From Cyanidioschyzon merolae (Eukaryota), in the NCBI GenBank assembly GCA_000091205.1, contig AP006500.2: a stretch of 64,000 nt of DNA, one strand, 5' to 3'. The position numbers were made by a program, and so were the translations under genes. The notes beneath the pieces were generated by a model. It was not told the origin of the DNA. It worked only from the letters and a program-made list of their open reading frames with translations, and did not search any database. This document shows, piece after piece, positions 33,327 to 43,800 of this stretch (positions are counted from its first letter, which is position 1; the number at the start of each line of letters is the position of its first letter).

Positions 33327-34982
33327 ATGGAGCGCGATTTGGTCGGCAGGGGCGCCGCACTTGAATGCAGTTTGCGGCGAGCGCTTCAGAGGCAAATGCC
33401 GGAAGAGCACGTCTTCTTTCTGGCGGAAAGGCTTTGTGCGGAAAAGTCGACTGCGGAGAGCTTTGCGCTTTATGCTCAGGCTCTTGCGCAGTACGGCCGA
33501 CATCGGCAGGCAGTCGACGTTGTGGCGAAGTACTGGCAGCAGGATCTTGAGTGTAGGTACTGGTACGCACTCTGCTGCATTGAGGCTAATGAGTTGGCTG
33601 CCGCCTACAAGGCGCTATCTTTCCTGCTTCAGGAGAACGCGAACGAGAACCTTACCAAGGAGGTTCGCTCGTCCCTTAACAACGCTCGGGGTCTCCCGTC
33701 CGAGAGAAGCCTGTCTGTGCCATGGCAGGCGGAGGGACTATATCTACTAGGGCGTGTGTTTCGCCTCTCGAACACGCGCGTTGACCAGGCTGCTCAGTGT
33801 TTCCGACGAGCGCTTGAAATTGATCCGTTTCTTTGGTGCTGCATCGAGGAGCTCAGCTCCCTCTATCGATATATAGATTATTTCGTACCGGAAATGTTTG
33901 GTATCTCTGGAAAAGAAGAGCAAGTCTTCCAATCAGGACGAAGCTCTCTTCGGCTGGACAACTGCATTTTGCGCTGGAAGACGAGATCCTCGGGCTCGCC
34001 TCAGGATAACTTTCAGGCCTTGGCCACCGTGCGTGCACTCGTTGAAGGATACCATTGCCGAGAGGCGGTCGCTCTAATTGCGACGTTGCCATTGGCGCTT
34101 CAGCAAGCACCCGTGGTGCTCAAATGGCAGGGTCGTGCATATCTTGATGCCGGTGAGCTATCCGAGTGTGCGCGAACGTTTGAAAAGTACCTGAGTTTGA
34201 ACAGATCTGGATCCTTGGATGGCCTCGAATACTACTCGACGGCGCTCTGGCATATGCGGCGGGATGTTGAATTAAATGCACTGGCCCGGTATGCACTTGA
34301 ACGAGACCGCTTCTCTGCAGCAACCTGGTGCATTGTGGGTAATGCGTTCAGTTTGCAACGAGACACAGACAGCGCTATCGAGTTCTTCCTCCGTGCCGCC
34401 CAGATTGATCCGCGAAATCCGTACCCCTGTACGCTAGCGGGTCATGAGTATCTTTATTTGGACAATTACGATGCCGCTATGAGATGTTACCAGGACGCGC
34501 TCTACAGGAACAGTCGACATTATAATGCCTGGTTCGGCATCGGACAAGTCTATCAACGGCAAGAGAAATTCCGTCTAGCGGAAAAACACTATCGAATAGC
34601 CCTCGATTTGAACTCGAATAATTCCATGTTGTGGTATTATCTGGGCCATGTTATCCGCGTCGGCGGAGGCCGCGAGGTCGATGCACTGAACGCTCTGGAG
34701 AAGGCTTTGGAAATGAACCCTCGCAATCCGGTGGCGCGTTTCGAGTGCTGCAAACTATATATGCAGATAGGCCGCTTACAGGATGCCTGGAAAGAGCTGT
34801 ACCAGCTCCGGAATATGGTGCCCCGTGAAGCAGCTATCTACTACCAGATGGGTGTCATCGCTCGCGAACTGGGTCTTAAGAATGCCGTAGAGCTGTTTAG
34901 CATCGCTCTCGATCTGGATCCGAAACAACCGCTATATAGGCAGGCGCTCTTATCGCTAGACGAGACGCAAAGTGCGCCGTAG
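33327..34982 (+). CDS. Anaphase-promoting complex subunit CDC27/APC3 (TPR protein)
   Basis: 551 aa. The C-terminal TPR block 'YNAWFGIGQVYQRQEKFRLAEKHYRIALDLNSNNSMLWYYLGHV...ALEKALEMNPRNPVARFECCKLYMQIGRLQDAWKELYQLRNMVPREAAIYYQMGVI' parallels human CDC27 'NAWYGLGMIYYKQEKFSLAEMHFQKALDINPQSSVLLCHIGVV...DPKNPLCKFHRASVLFANEKYKSALQELEELKQIVPKESLVYFLIGKV'. Confidence 0.8.
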   Translation: MERDLVGRGAALECSLRRALQRQMPEEHVFFLAERLCAEKSTAESFALYAQALAQYGRHRQAVDVVAKYWQQDLECRYWYALCCIEANELAAAYKALSFLLQENANENLTKEVRSSLNNARGLPSERSLSVPWQAEGLYLLGRVFRLSNTRVDQAAQCFRRALEIDPFLWCCIEELSSLYRYIDYFVPEMFGISGKEEQVFQSGRSSLRLDNCILRWKTRSSGSPQDNFQALATVRALVEGYHCREAVALIATLPLALQQAPVVLKWQGRAYLDAGELSECARTFEKYLSLNRSGSLDGLEYYSTALWHMRRDVELNALARYALERDRFSAATWCIVGNAFSLQRDTDSAIEFFLRAAQIDPRNPYPCTLAGHEYLYLDNYDAAMRCYQDALYRNSRHYNAWFGIGQVYQRQEKFRLAEKHYRIALDLNSNNSMLWYYLGHVIRVGGGREVDALNALEKALEMNPRNPVARFECCKLYMQIGRLQDAWKELYQLRNMVPREAAIYYQMGVIARELGLKNAVELFSIALDLDPKQPLYRQALLSLDETQSAP

Positions 34983-36080
34983 TGGCCAACAGCGCCCGCG
35001 GTATATATGCGAACGAAACGGCGAATAGAGACCCTACAGGCTGTCGTACGAGTAAGTCGCCAGCTGTCCATGCGGTAAGCGCCAGTTGACACCTCGGGGC
35101 TATTTCGATTCCGCACCCGCAGACATTGATCCGTCTGTATTGGACCGGATGTCAAACCGGTAGCATGGGAGCTAGGATTTTCGATACGGACGCGACGGCA
35201 ATCGCATGTTAGTCTGAGCGTTGCTCCGCTTGTGCGAGCTCTCGAGACAGACTCGGATACGAGAGCTGGTACCCGTCTGCGATGGACCCGCTTGGACTGC
35301 TACCTTGCACCGGCGCTCGCGGGAGATAGGAAACTAGAATCCTATCTTTCTGTCAAAACCTTCCTGGAATTCCCTTGGGGTGCTTGATTCTATTCAGCGT
35401 TCTTCAGTCTGGAACTGGCGGGTGCCAAAGTGTTGCTGTTATTCTGATAGTTTCACTCATGCAGCAAAGGCGAAGGCCCTCTCGAAGACGCAGCAATGCT
35501 CCGCGCTTGCCGTCTGGGCGCTGATCTCTCCCCCCTCCATTCTAGACAATTACCGATGCTCTTGGGATTCGCTCTGGCCATCGCTTCTCGCGGGGCCAGC
35601 TCAGGGCTTGAACGACAGCGCGGCCTCAGCAAGTTGGGTTATTCTCGTGAAGGCAAGTCGGTTGATTGCATGCTGCACGCGCTACTATTCCGTACGGCAG
35701 AACGAGCGTTCTAAACCAGCGCCTACGGGTCGCCTTTCGAACGCTGCAATTCCTCTCTGGTGACCTGACAGGAGGGCTCACCCAAGATCTCGCTTGCTCG
35801 TAGGGCTCTCAGGGCCGCGCCACTGAATACTGACGCAGCCCACTCCTGCAAACTTTGACGATACAGAACCTGCGGCCTTTGAGGCTTATGAAGCGTGCCC
35901 CGTGGGGCACGCATTCTGCATTTGCGTCGTGACTCCACAGCAGGGCAGCCGCCAATGCAAACAGCCCGTAACCATCGGGCTCGCGTGTGCGGCCTGTTAC
36001 CGCACGGTTAGCCTGTCACCAGGAGGCAAAAACACTTGTCAGGCTCAAAAGATGCATTGCAATCTTCATTTTGTTCCCGC

Positions 36081-37460
36081 CTTTCGATCGTTTCCCGAAT
36101 GTTCGCTAGAAACACAGCTGCAATATTCAAAGTGCAGCAATAACGGCGAATGGATTCATGGGTAGTTCTATGCCCCTCGGTTGTACTATCCGTAGGGATC
36201 CCGTCGACTCCCTGCCGCTGGCATTCGATACGTCACCGGGATCAAGATGGTTCGTGACGCCCTCATACGCGGGTTCGTAACATAGCCGATATCATCATCT
36301 CATTCAGTCGCACGCGCCTGCACTCTTCTGTTTTCCTCAAGTATAGCATGCTTGAATCATGCATTCTTCAAGTTTTCGATATTTCTCCTTAAAGGCAACT
36401 CGAGGGCGCAGCAATGCGTACAGCTGGGTGGACAGCGAAAAGAATCGCAACGACTTCACTTGAAGACTTTGTCACATGCTCATATCGAAGGCTGACTACA
36501 ATTGTCAGGTCAGCTAATCGCATCCGTCCGAGAAGGAAATCCGCCCGTCCTTGAGACAAGCGGCAACGTGGCGTTCACAGCCGGCGAGATAACGCTCACG
36601 GCATACGTCCCCAGAGGCTTCGCTCGCTTCCGTACACACCGAAGAAAATCGGAGACTCAGACCTGAGTTATCGCAGCGACCGCGCCAGATAGAGAGTCTG
36701 GCACCGCCTTGCACGGAGGAAGCGTAGACGGATCGAAGTTTTCTAGAATTGCGCTCCAGCCTGCATTTTTGCCTCGCGGTACATGGTTCACCACGAAAAG
36801 CTTCCCGTTCCACGAATCCTCCATCGAATGCGACACTGTGCACTGGCTTGCGCTGGCTTGCACTGGCTTGCGCTGGCATTGCCCCGCACTGCCTCGAGCC
36901 GACGCCCTCTGTGTGGTACGGCAACGCCGTTCTGCCTCCGTGCAGCGACCGCACTGGCGCTATAGGCGTCATTGCTGTCGCTTTCGGCAGGCACTAGGCA
37001 CACACGATAGGACGTATGAAACGACTAGAATATCCGGGAAGTAGTGTGGGTCATGGAACTTGGAGGCAGGGCGTTCGATGGCTACTTCACCGCACACAAA
37101 CAAAAAGAAAACAAAAAGTGCACAATCGGAGAACGCTGGCCTAAGTAAGCATTTTGTCAGTGAGAAAAATCCGACACTGTGTTCGCTGAGGGCATTGCGC
37201 TGATGCAACCTGCCAGCGAAGCGCACGGCAGCGAGCCCGCAAACTGAGAAGAGCATCGTGGTAAGCCTTCGATACTCGTCAATTGCATGGAACGAGCGAA
37301 AACGCGAGCTGTACGACGCCTCAAAACGGCCCTCCGAGGAAGAGGAGCAGGAGCAGGAGAGGCTTTGGTGGATATACGGGAACACCTGACCACAGCCAAA
37401 AGTCATCGATGCGAGGACGCACAGAGGCTGTATACAATGAAGATGAAAATGGCAAGCGAA
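36081..37460 (+). repeat. Direct repeat copy 1 (1.38 kb), a divergent member of the dispersed repeat superfamily
   Basis: Essentially identical to 46739-48119 at an offset of 10,658 bp. The embedded ORFs are identical (36514..36972- = 47172..47630-; 36709..37044+ = 47367..47702+). Only two single-residue differences were seen in the translated ORFs: H versus Q, and M versus R. Confidence 0.9.
36844..36883. repeat. 10-bp minisatellite (CTGGCTTGCR)x3-4 inside DR copy 1
   Basis: 'ctggcttgcgctggcttgcactggcttgcgctggcattgc' read directly. The mirrored copy is at 47502-47541. Confidence 0.8.
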
Positions 37461-38360
37461 GCGCAGGCTGCAACAACCGTCCGCGCAACAAGTGCGTCGA
37501 CAACTACCGAACGCAGTAAAATCGGGACTTTACCACCACCGCCATCAATATCCTGCGACTGCCGAAAACCTAGCCAGAGAAGATAGGAACAGGAAGCAGT
37601 CACAGAAAAAGCCCGCACACGCTAGTCTCGATGCCAGCTCGAAGACATCCAGCCGTTCAGATTCGCACTCGAGCGCGCAGCGAGCACCGCAGCGTATACC
37701 TAGCGGACACGTATGTCGGACCCGATCCAACTGGAGGCCCCTGTGCGCTGCTTCGTTGCTGGCGGGCAACGCGCAAGCACGCGCGCGGCGCCGTTGACCG
37801 CGAGATCGACGGCGGGTATCTCACGCGTTGCGCGAGCGGCTGTATGCGATGGCGCGCGCATCTGCAAACGCCGCCTCTGAAAATATCTGAGGAGCGGGGC
37901 GTACACGCGGCGCCGAGCGTCGCGTCTCGAGAACGTTTCGCGGGCGATCCTGCGGCGAAGGCGCGCTTCGTCTCGACATCGCTAGATGCTGTGCGCTGCA
38001 TTATCGAATGCAGCTGCGCGTCAGCGGTGATATCTTGTAGCTGCAGTGCTGTGACGTGAGCGACCAGTTGCTCGATATTTGCGTGAGACTTCGAATCAGC
38101 GCTATAATATCATAGTTGTGGAGGTTGACGGCTTCTTTGACTGGTTCGAGGGGTGAGCGACTACATCTACTAGAAGCAGTGAGCAAAGTCCGGACGGCGG
38201 CGGCGGCGGCTTCTAGAACCTCGGTACGCTGAGGGTTTGGCACGCGCAGGCGCAACCGAGCTCGAGAACGCAACTCCTGGGGCGAATTTGTGCCAAACTT
38301 TTTAGGTTGTTTTCTTGAGTTTAGTTCGTCTGTGGGCGGCTAGAGTGTCGGCGCGGTACG

Positions 38361-40370
38361 TTGCCGCGTGCCTGCTGGCGTGACGTGGTCATGAAACGGC
38401 GTCCAGATAATATTGCGCTCGCCGGTCGTACAGACGCCGAGCCTGGCAATCAGATGGACGCAACGAAGCAGAGACTGACTAATCGCCCTTCCGGTACGAA
38501 TACCGACCGGTTCGTAGGCCCGGAGACCCAGCAGCATTACTCCGCTTTGACGACATACCCGCAGGTGACGCCAGCGGCTGCATGCTGGGGCAGGGTGGCT
38601 GCCCCGGGTTACGCGGGCGCTGGTTCCATGCAGGCACAATCCAACAGTTACCCCTGGACATCGAGCTATCGTCCGCTTATGCTCCATGGGTATCACTTTC
38701 CAATAGGGCCTCTGCCGCATTCGGGTCCACGTGGTGCTGGTGCGACTTCGGTGACGGCTTTTGGAGTGCCTGCTAGCGCGAGGGCACCCCAAGCGCCGGC
38801 GTCAGGCTTTCATGGATCACTGCAGCACGCTGTGGATCGCTGGGATCCAGTTCCGGTGCAGCCACCGACTAGAGAGGCGTTGTACCAGCAAGAACTATTC
38901 TATCAGTCTGCTCAGTTGTTCGGAATGACGCCGAGACACATAACGGGGACTGAACACACCCGCGGTTGGCCCGTTGCAGTGAATGCGGAGTTTTACAAAG
39001 CAGCGCATCCTGGGCAAATACCGGTGCCTCATAATATCCCATCGTCAGCTGAAGCGTGTTGCGCAAGACCTCATGACGGAGCGTTGAATTGCTTACACGC
39101 TTTGGCCGCAATCTCCTCACAGGCGGCTACCAGCCTTTGTGGCGTGGGAATGGCCCGCCCAAATACCGGCGCGCAGCAGTCCGAGAGAGCGACTGCATCA
39201 TGCCCAGCTGAAAGAGCGCAGAACCGAATGGAGAACCCGCAATGTTGCAACGTTCCAGCGGACTGTTCAATGCCTATGCATACCTCTTCAAACGAAGGCA
39301 TCCCAGCATGCCTGGAGCACCGTCCTCGCCCGGAGTTCTACCCCGGTAAAACGGACGGCACGCGCCCCGGTCATGTGCAGGTTTCAGAGGGCAACATGAG
39401 TATGGTGAGCTTGGATGCCTCGTCGCATACGAATCAATCGATGTCGCTGCCTACTGCGCTTAGCAGCCGCTTTAGGACTGGATACCAGGGACCGTGGATG
39501 CAAACGGTCCCAGAAACCAATGCACACTGGGAGCGAATGAGTCGAGACAGTAGTGGAACGAGCGCCCGCGCGATGCCAAGCGACGCTGCAAGTCAGACCG
39601 GATTGGATCGTTCTTCGAGCGGCGATGATGACGCAGCTTCGCTTGCGGGTGGCGAGCATCTGCAGCGTATGTCCGGAGACAATCCCTGGACTGCCGCAAG
39701 CGCATCACCGACAGCAGGCGATGCTGCCGAGAGATCGATCTTACACAGAAACGTAGGTCTCGCTGGTGGCGGTGCAGCGTCGTCAGACCCCACGGCGGAC
39801 TTTTACAGGGATGGTGCGAGTTCACAGGCTACAGGGCATGTGGCGGGACTGCCAAGCAACGCTGCAGGCCCCGTCGAAGCTCCAGATCGGCGGTTTCAGG
39901 TGCCTCACACGTCGTTCCCCGCGGGTGCGATAAGATGGGTCCAGACGCTCCCTGCGTTGCAACTGGATCAGAGCTCCAATGGTGTTCTTCTAGGCGGGAG
40001 ATTCGTAGCGTCGGAAAACACCGACCATGGCATGGATCGAATACCGCTGACCATCGAGCACCCGCGCTGTGCAATAACGGACCACGCCGATCGAGTCGCT
40101 GCTGTCGGTGCAGCACCTGACACCGCAGCAAAGTCACCGACCTGGAGTGCCACTGAACGAGAGCGCTATCGCTTGGAGCGTGTGCAGCGCTTCCTCGAGA
40201 AGCGCCGCCGTCGCGTAGCGCATCCCGGCTTGATCCGCTACGACGTACGCAAGCGCCTCGCAGATGCACGACCCCGGGTACGCGGCCGCTTCGCGCGACC
40301 TGAAACCGTTGCTGCTGCTACTGCTGTTGCTGCTGCGCCTGCCACGACGAAGGCGCCGACTCCCCCCTGA
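38361..40370 (+). CDS. CCT-motif protein (CONSTANS/CO-like/TOC1-type C-terminal domain), otherwise low-complexity
   Basis: 669 aa. The C-terminal 'RERYRLERVQRFLEKRRRRVAHPGLIRYDVRKRLADARPRVRGRFARPE' matches the CCT consensus 'REA.V.RY+EKR+.R.F.K.IRY..RK..A..RPR.KGRFAK'. Confidence 0.7.
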   Translation: MPRACWRDVVMKRRPDNIALAGRTDAEPGNQMDATKQRLTNRPSGTNTDRFVGPETQQHYSALTTYPQVTPAAACWGRVAAPGYAGAGSMQAQSNSYPWTSSYRPLMLHGYHFPIGPLPHSGPRGAGATSVTAFGVPASARAPQAPASGFHGSLQHAVDRWDPVPVQPPTREALYQQELFYQSAQLFGMTPRHITGTEHTRGWPVAVNAEFYKAAHPGQIPVPHNIPSSAEACCARPHDGALNCLHALAAISSQAATSLCGVGMARPNTGAQQSERATASCPAERAQNRMENPQCCNVPADCSMPMHTSSNEGIPACLEHRPRPEFYPGKTDGTRPGHVQVSEGNMSMVSLDASSHTNQSMSLPTALSSRFRTGYQGPWMQTVPETNAHWERMSRDSSGTSARAMPSDAASQTGLDRSSSGDDDAASLAGGEHLQRMSGDNPWTAASASPTAGDAAERSILHRNVGLAGGGAASSDPTADFYRDGASSQATGHVAGLPSNAAGPVEAPDRRFQVPHTSFPAGAIRWVQTLPALQLDQSSNGVLLGGRFVASENTDHGMDRIPLTIEHPRCAITDHADRVAAVGAAPDTAAKSPTWSATERERYRLERVQRFLEKRRRRVAHPGLIRYDVRKRLADARPRVRGRFARPETVAAATAVAAAPATTKAPTPP

Positions 40371-40807
40371 GCATGAATAAGCATGCTTTACGCTGTTGAC
40401 ACTATACATTGGGTGTGTGTGTGTTTGTGTGTGAAATCATGTTGGCGTTCTGCGTATATCGAGAGGCACGAAGAACTCATGATACACGCTCGCTGCGACT
40501 CCGAGCATGATCCTTACGGACGTTGCTGTCATTGCAGTAGATGCTGTTGGTCACACATTGTTACCATCATCGCGTACGAAACAAGAGCAAAGCGCACGCT
40601 GTCTCAGTGGGTTACACGCACCACGTACAGCAATGGACACGTGTCCAGAATACCGCTGTGTACACGCATAGACGCATGTATCGACACAGGCATGCGTGCT
40701 CGTGATCCGTGCCCAACACCGATCGGGGCATGCAAGGCTGGCGTTACGAAACGCAGCATTGAACGGGAGCGCGACCTGGCCCAGTCACGTACCGTGCATG
40801 AGGCGAC

Positions 40808-43800
40808 TCAGCGCGTGTGCGTTTGTCGACGTGCCCGCCCCGCAGCACGTGGGTTCCGCTCCGCTGTCGCTGCTGTTGCTGTTGCGGATGCTGGTGAGGC
40901 TTGAGGGAATCCTCCTGCGGTGACGCCTTCGGAGCGTTTCTTCATTGACGCTTCTAATTCCAAGACCTCGGAGCTAAAGCAACCAGTTGCGCGACCTCGA
41001 CGTTTTGAAGGCGATGCGATCGAGGCAGTGCGGAGATTCCATGTGCTGCTCGCACTCGATGTCGTTGTTGCGCTGCTGCTGGAACTGTTGCTTGCGGAGC
41101 TGCAATTGCTTGATGGCTCGAGTTGCAGACGTTGAGCCGGGGCTCGTTTTCCAGTGTTCTGGAGGTTTTGCACGCAAGGGTGCGCGCCTCCGGGCGCACC
41201 TTCGCGGTTGGCGAAGGTTGGTGCCATGGCAGCTGCTCCAGTGCTCTCCAGACGCGCAAGAATGTGCTTTCCATAGGAGAAGCGTTTGATGACGTTCAGA
41301 TTCGCACGAAGAAGCTCCGCCGCTTGCTGACGTTGTTCGTCGCCGGCTACATCCAGGACTCGCTGCACGACATAATTTCCGAATTGGTCCTGGACAAGAT
41401 CTATCAGAGGCACGCTGTTGCGGGGTAACGCAGTTGCGCCAGAACTACCACCACCACCGCTGCCACTGCCAGCAACATCAGATCGGCCCAGGAGAATATC
41501 GATGAGGGCTTTGCGATCCGCTGGGGAGCCATGTTGCAGACATCGCTCGACAACGTTACTCGCGTACTTGTGTTGACTCATGCTAATACACTGATCCCTG
41601 ACCATGCGGAGAATATGCGCACGCTCTTCCTCCTTTCCATGCTCGACAACGTGCTGGATGACATAGTTACCGTATTGGTCCCGAATGAGGGTTCGGCACG
41701 CCTGCATAATCTCGCGCATGATCGGGACTTTTTGCTCCTCTGGTGAATATTCTAAAATGCGCTGTATAACCCGGCATCCATAGGAATGTTCAGCAAGCGA
41801 GACGGCCTGGCCCCGAACCGCGTCCACGATAAACTGAACGTGTTGTCCTGGAACTCGTTCGATGCATTTCTGGATCACATGATTGCCATTCTGATCACGG
41901 ATACACTTCAACACGTGTCCGTCGAGTTCGATCACGAGTTCCGCCTGCGTACTAGCAGGCAAGACTTCGAGTGCCTTCTGTACAGCCCTGCAACCATACA
42001 TGTGGAGTGAGAGCGCTAGGATCCGGTTTTTCAATTTCATCGCGATTGCCTGTAGGTCACGTGCTGTGCCGTGCTCCAAGAGTTTTTGCACGACGTAGTT
42101 GCCAAAGACATCCGTCACCAGGCGATTCATTTCTGCGAGCACTTCCTGCAGCACCCACCCAACCTGATCAGGAGTTGCAGTCTCCAACTTGGTCTGAATG
42201 AAGCGCGAGCCATGCTGATCCGTGCTGAACTCCACGATTTGACCACGAATATCCTCCAGTTTCCAGGAAGTGAACGCCTCGTCCGACGCAAGCAAGGCTG
42301 TCCGGAAGCGCTCCAGGAGAGCCGAGCGCCCAACGGACGCTATGACTCCGCTATTTGGCGGATTAGCGGCATCTGGACTCGAGAGGGTGCCACTAGTACC
42401 CAAATCCAGTGACGGAAAGTGTAGCGGTGACCTCGGGGGGGCCCCTGTCGGTGGAACCGTTGCCGGTGGAGCAGCGGCAGTCTGCAGAAAGCCGCCGACA
42501 CGCACTTGCCCGCTGTACGAGTCTGTGAGTATCGGTGCGACGCTCACGAACGGGGCGCGCAGTTGAGCCACACCACTAGAATGCCCCATCTGGGTTGTTG
42601 GTTCTCGTCGAGGAGCTCTTGCTGCTGCTGCTGCTGCCGGTATCGGATTTGCACCAGCGGGGCCAACACTCCCTGGCACGGCGGGCCTGCCACCATTTTC
42701 TTCGGATACAAAAGAAGAAGAAGACGCCGACGACGGCCTCGGTGATGTCGTTTGCGCTCCATAGGCTGCGGGTTCTGCTGAAAGACAAGATTCCGGAATC
42801 GAAGCATCAGCCAAGTTCCCATGTTTTGCGCTCCGCATTCGCATGGCATCTTCTGTGGCATGTGCACAAACGAAGCGGCATCCGCTCGGAATGACCGGGG
42901 GAAACGATACGCAATGGTCCGGAACCAAGGAAAACATTGACGACTCGTTAGCATCCTCGCTGCCAGAGGCAACCAAAGTGCTCTCTTTCCGAACAGATGC
43001 AGCACGACCCTGTGGACAAGCGATTCCCGACGGCAGCTGTGCAGCAGGGTGCCAGGAATACACGGGTGTTGCTCGTCGATCCGCAAGCTCCACCTCAGTG
43101 CACAAGCCCGCTTGTTCGCTGCCGTTCAAAACGATCTGATCTGGATGAATCCAGATGCTTTCTTCGAGCGGTTGCGTCGCACCTGGTGATGGCGATATGA
43201 GCGGAAGCGCCTGCGAGAGATGCGCGCCGGCCGCGTTCGCAACTTGCAGAGGCCTAGGGCTCGTAGCTGAATAGCCTGGACACAGACGTCGACCGTTGTG
43301 GCATTCGTAGTGCTCGAAAGTGCCTTCGACGAGCGAACTCTGCCTGCTCGGTGAAAGTCTATGGGTCCTATTGGCGTTGGGATCGATCTGAGGCCGCCCA
43401 GTCTCAGATACGGAAGTTGTTCCACTGCCAATCATTTGGGAGTCCACCCGACACTGGTTGTCAGGCTCTGAAACACCGTCAGCGGGGCTCTCCAAGCAAC
43501 AGCGGGCTGTTCGCTGCTCCTGGACACAGGTTTCCGGGCTCGGTTGTGATTCCGTGACTGGGATATTCAACGGAGGGCGGCTTGCCCATTGCAGTGTGGA
43601 TTCGAGACGTGCAGCCGCATCTCGACGACCACACGAGGATTCCTCACTGTTCTGGCTCTTTCCATTGGTGACATGACCCACGTAACCAGGGGAGCTCGCT
43701 GCGCGTTCTCGACGGTTCGGGACCCGCTGTTCATGTTCTTCGTTACCGTTGGTATCCAAACCGTCCCCCTTTTTCCCAGTGCATATTTGACGGTCATCGG

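Noticed and set aside
36514-37406. Conserved peptides in DR ORFs ('MTPIAPVRSLHGGRTALPYH', 'ME..GKL...FDPSTLPPC') that also appear at 22.6k and 63.1k
   Set aside because: The similarity holds at nucleotide level. The frame is not preserved in the other copies (the IR arm gives 'FDLSIFQWR' in the corresponding place). It is therefore nucleotide conservation of a repeat, not evidence for a protein.
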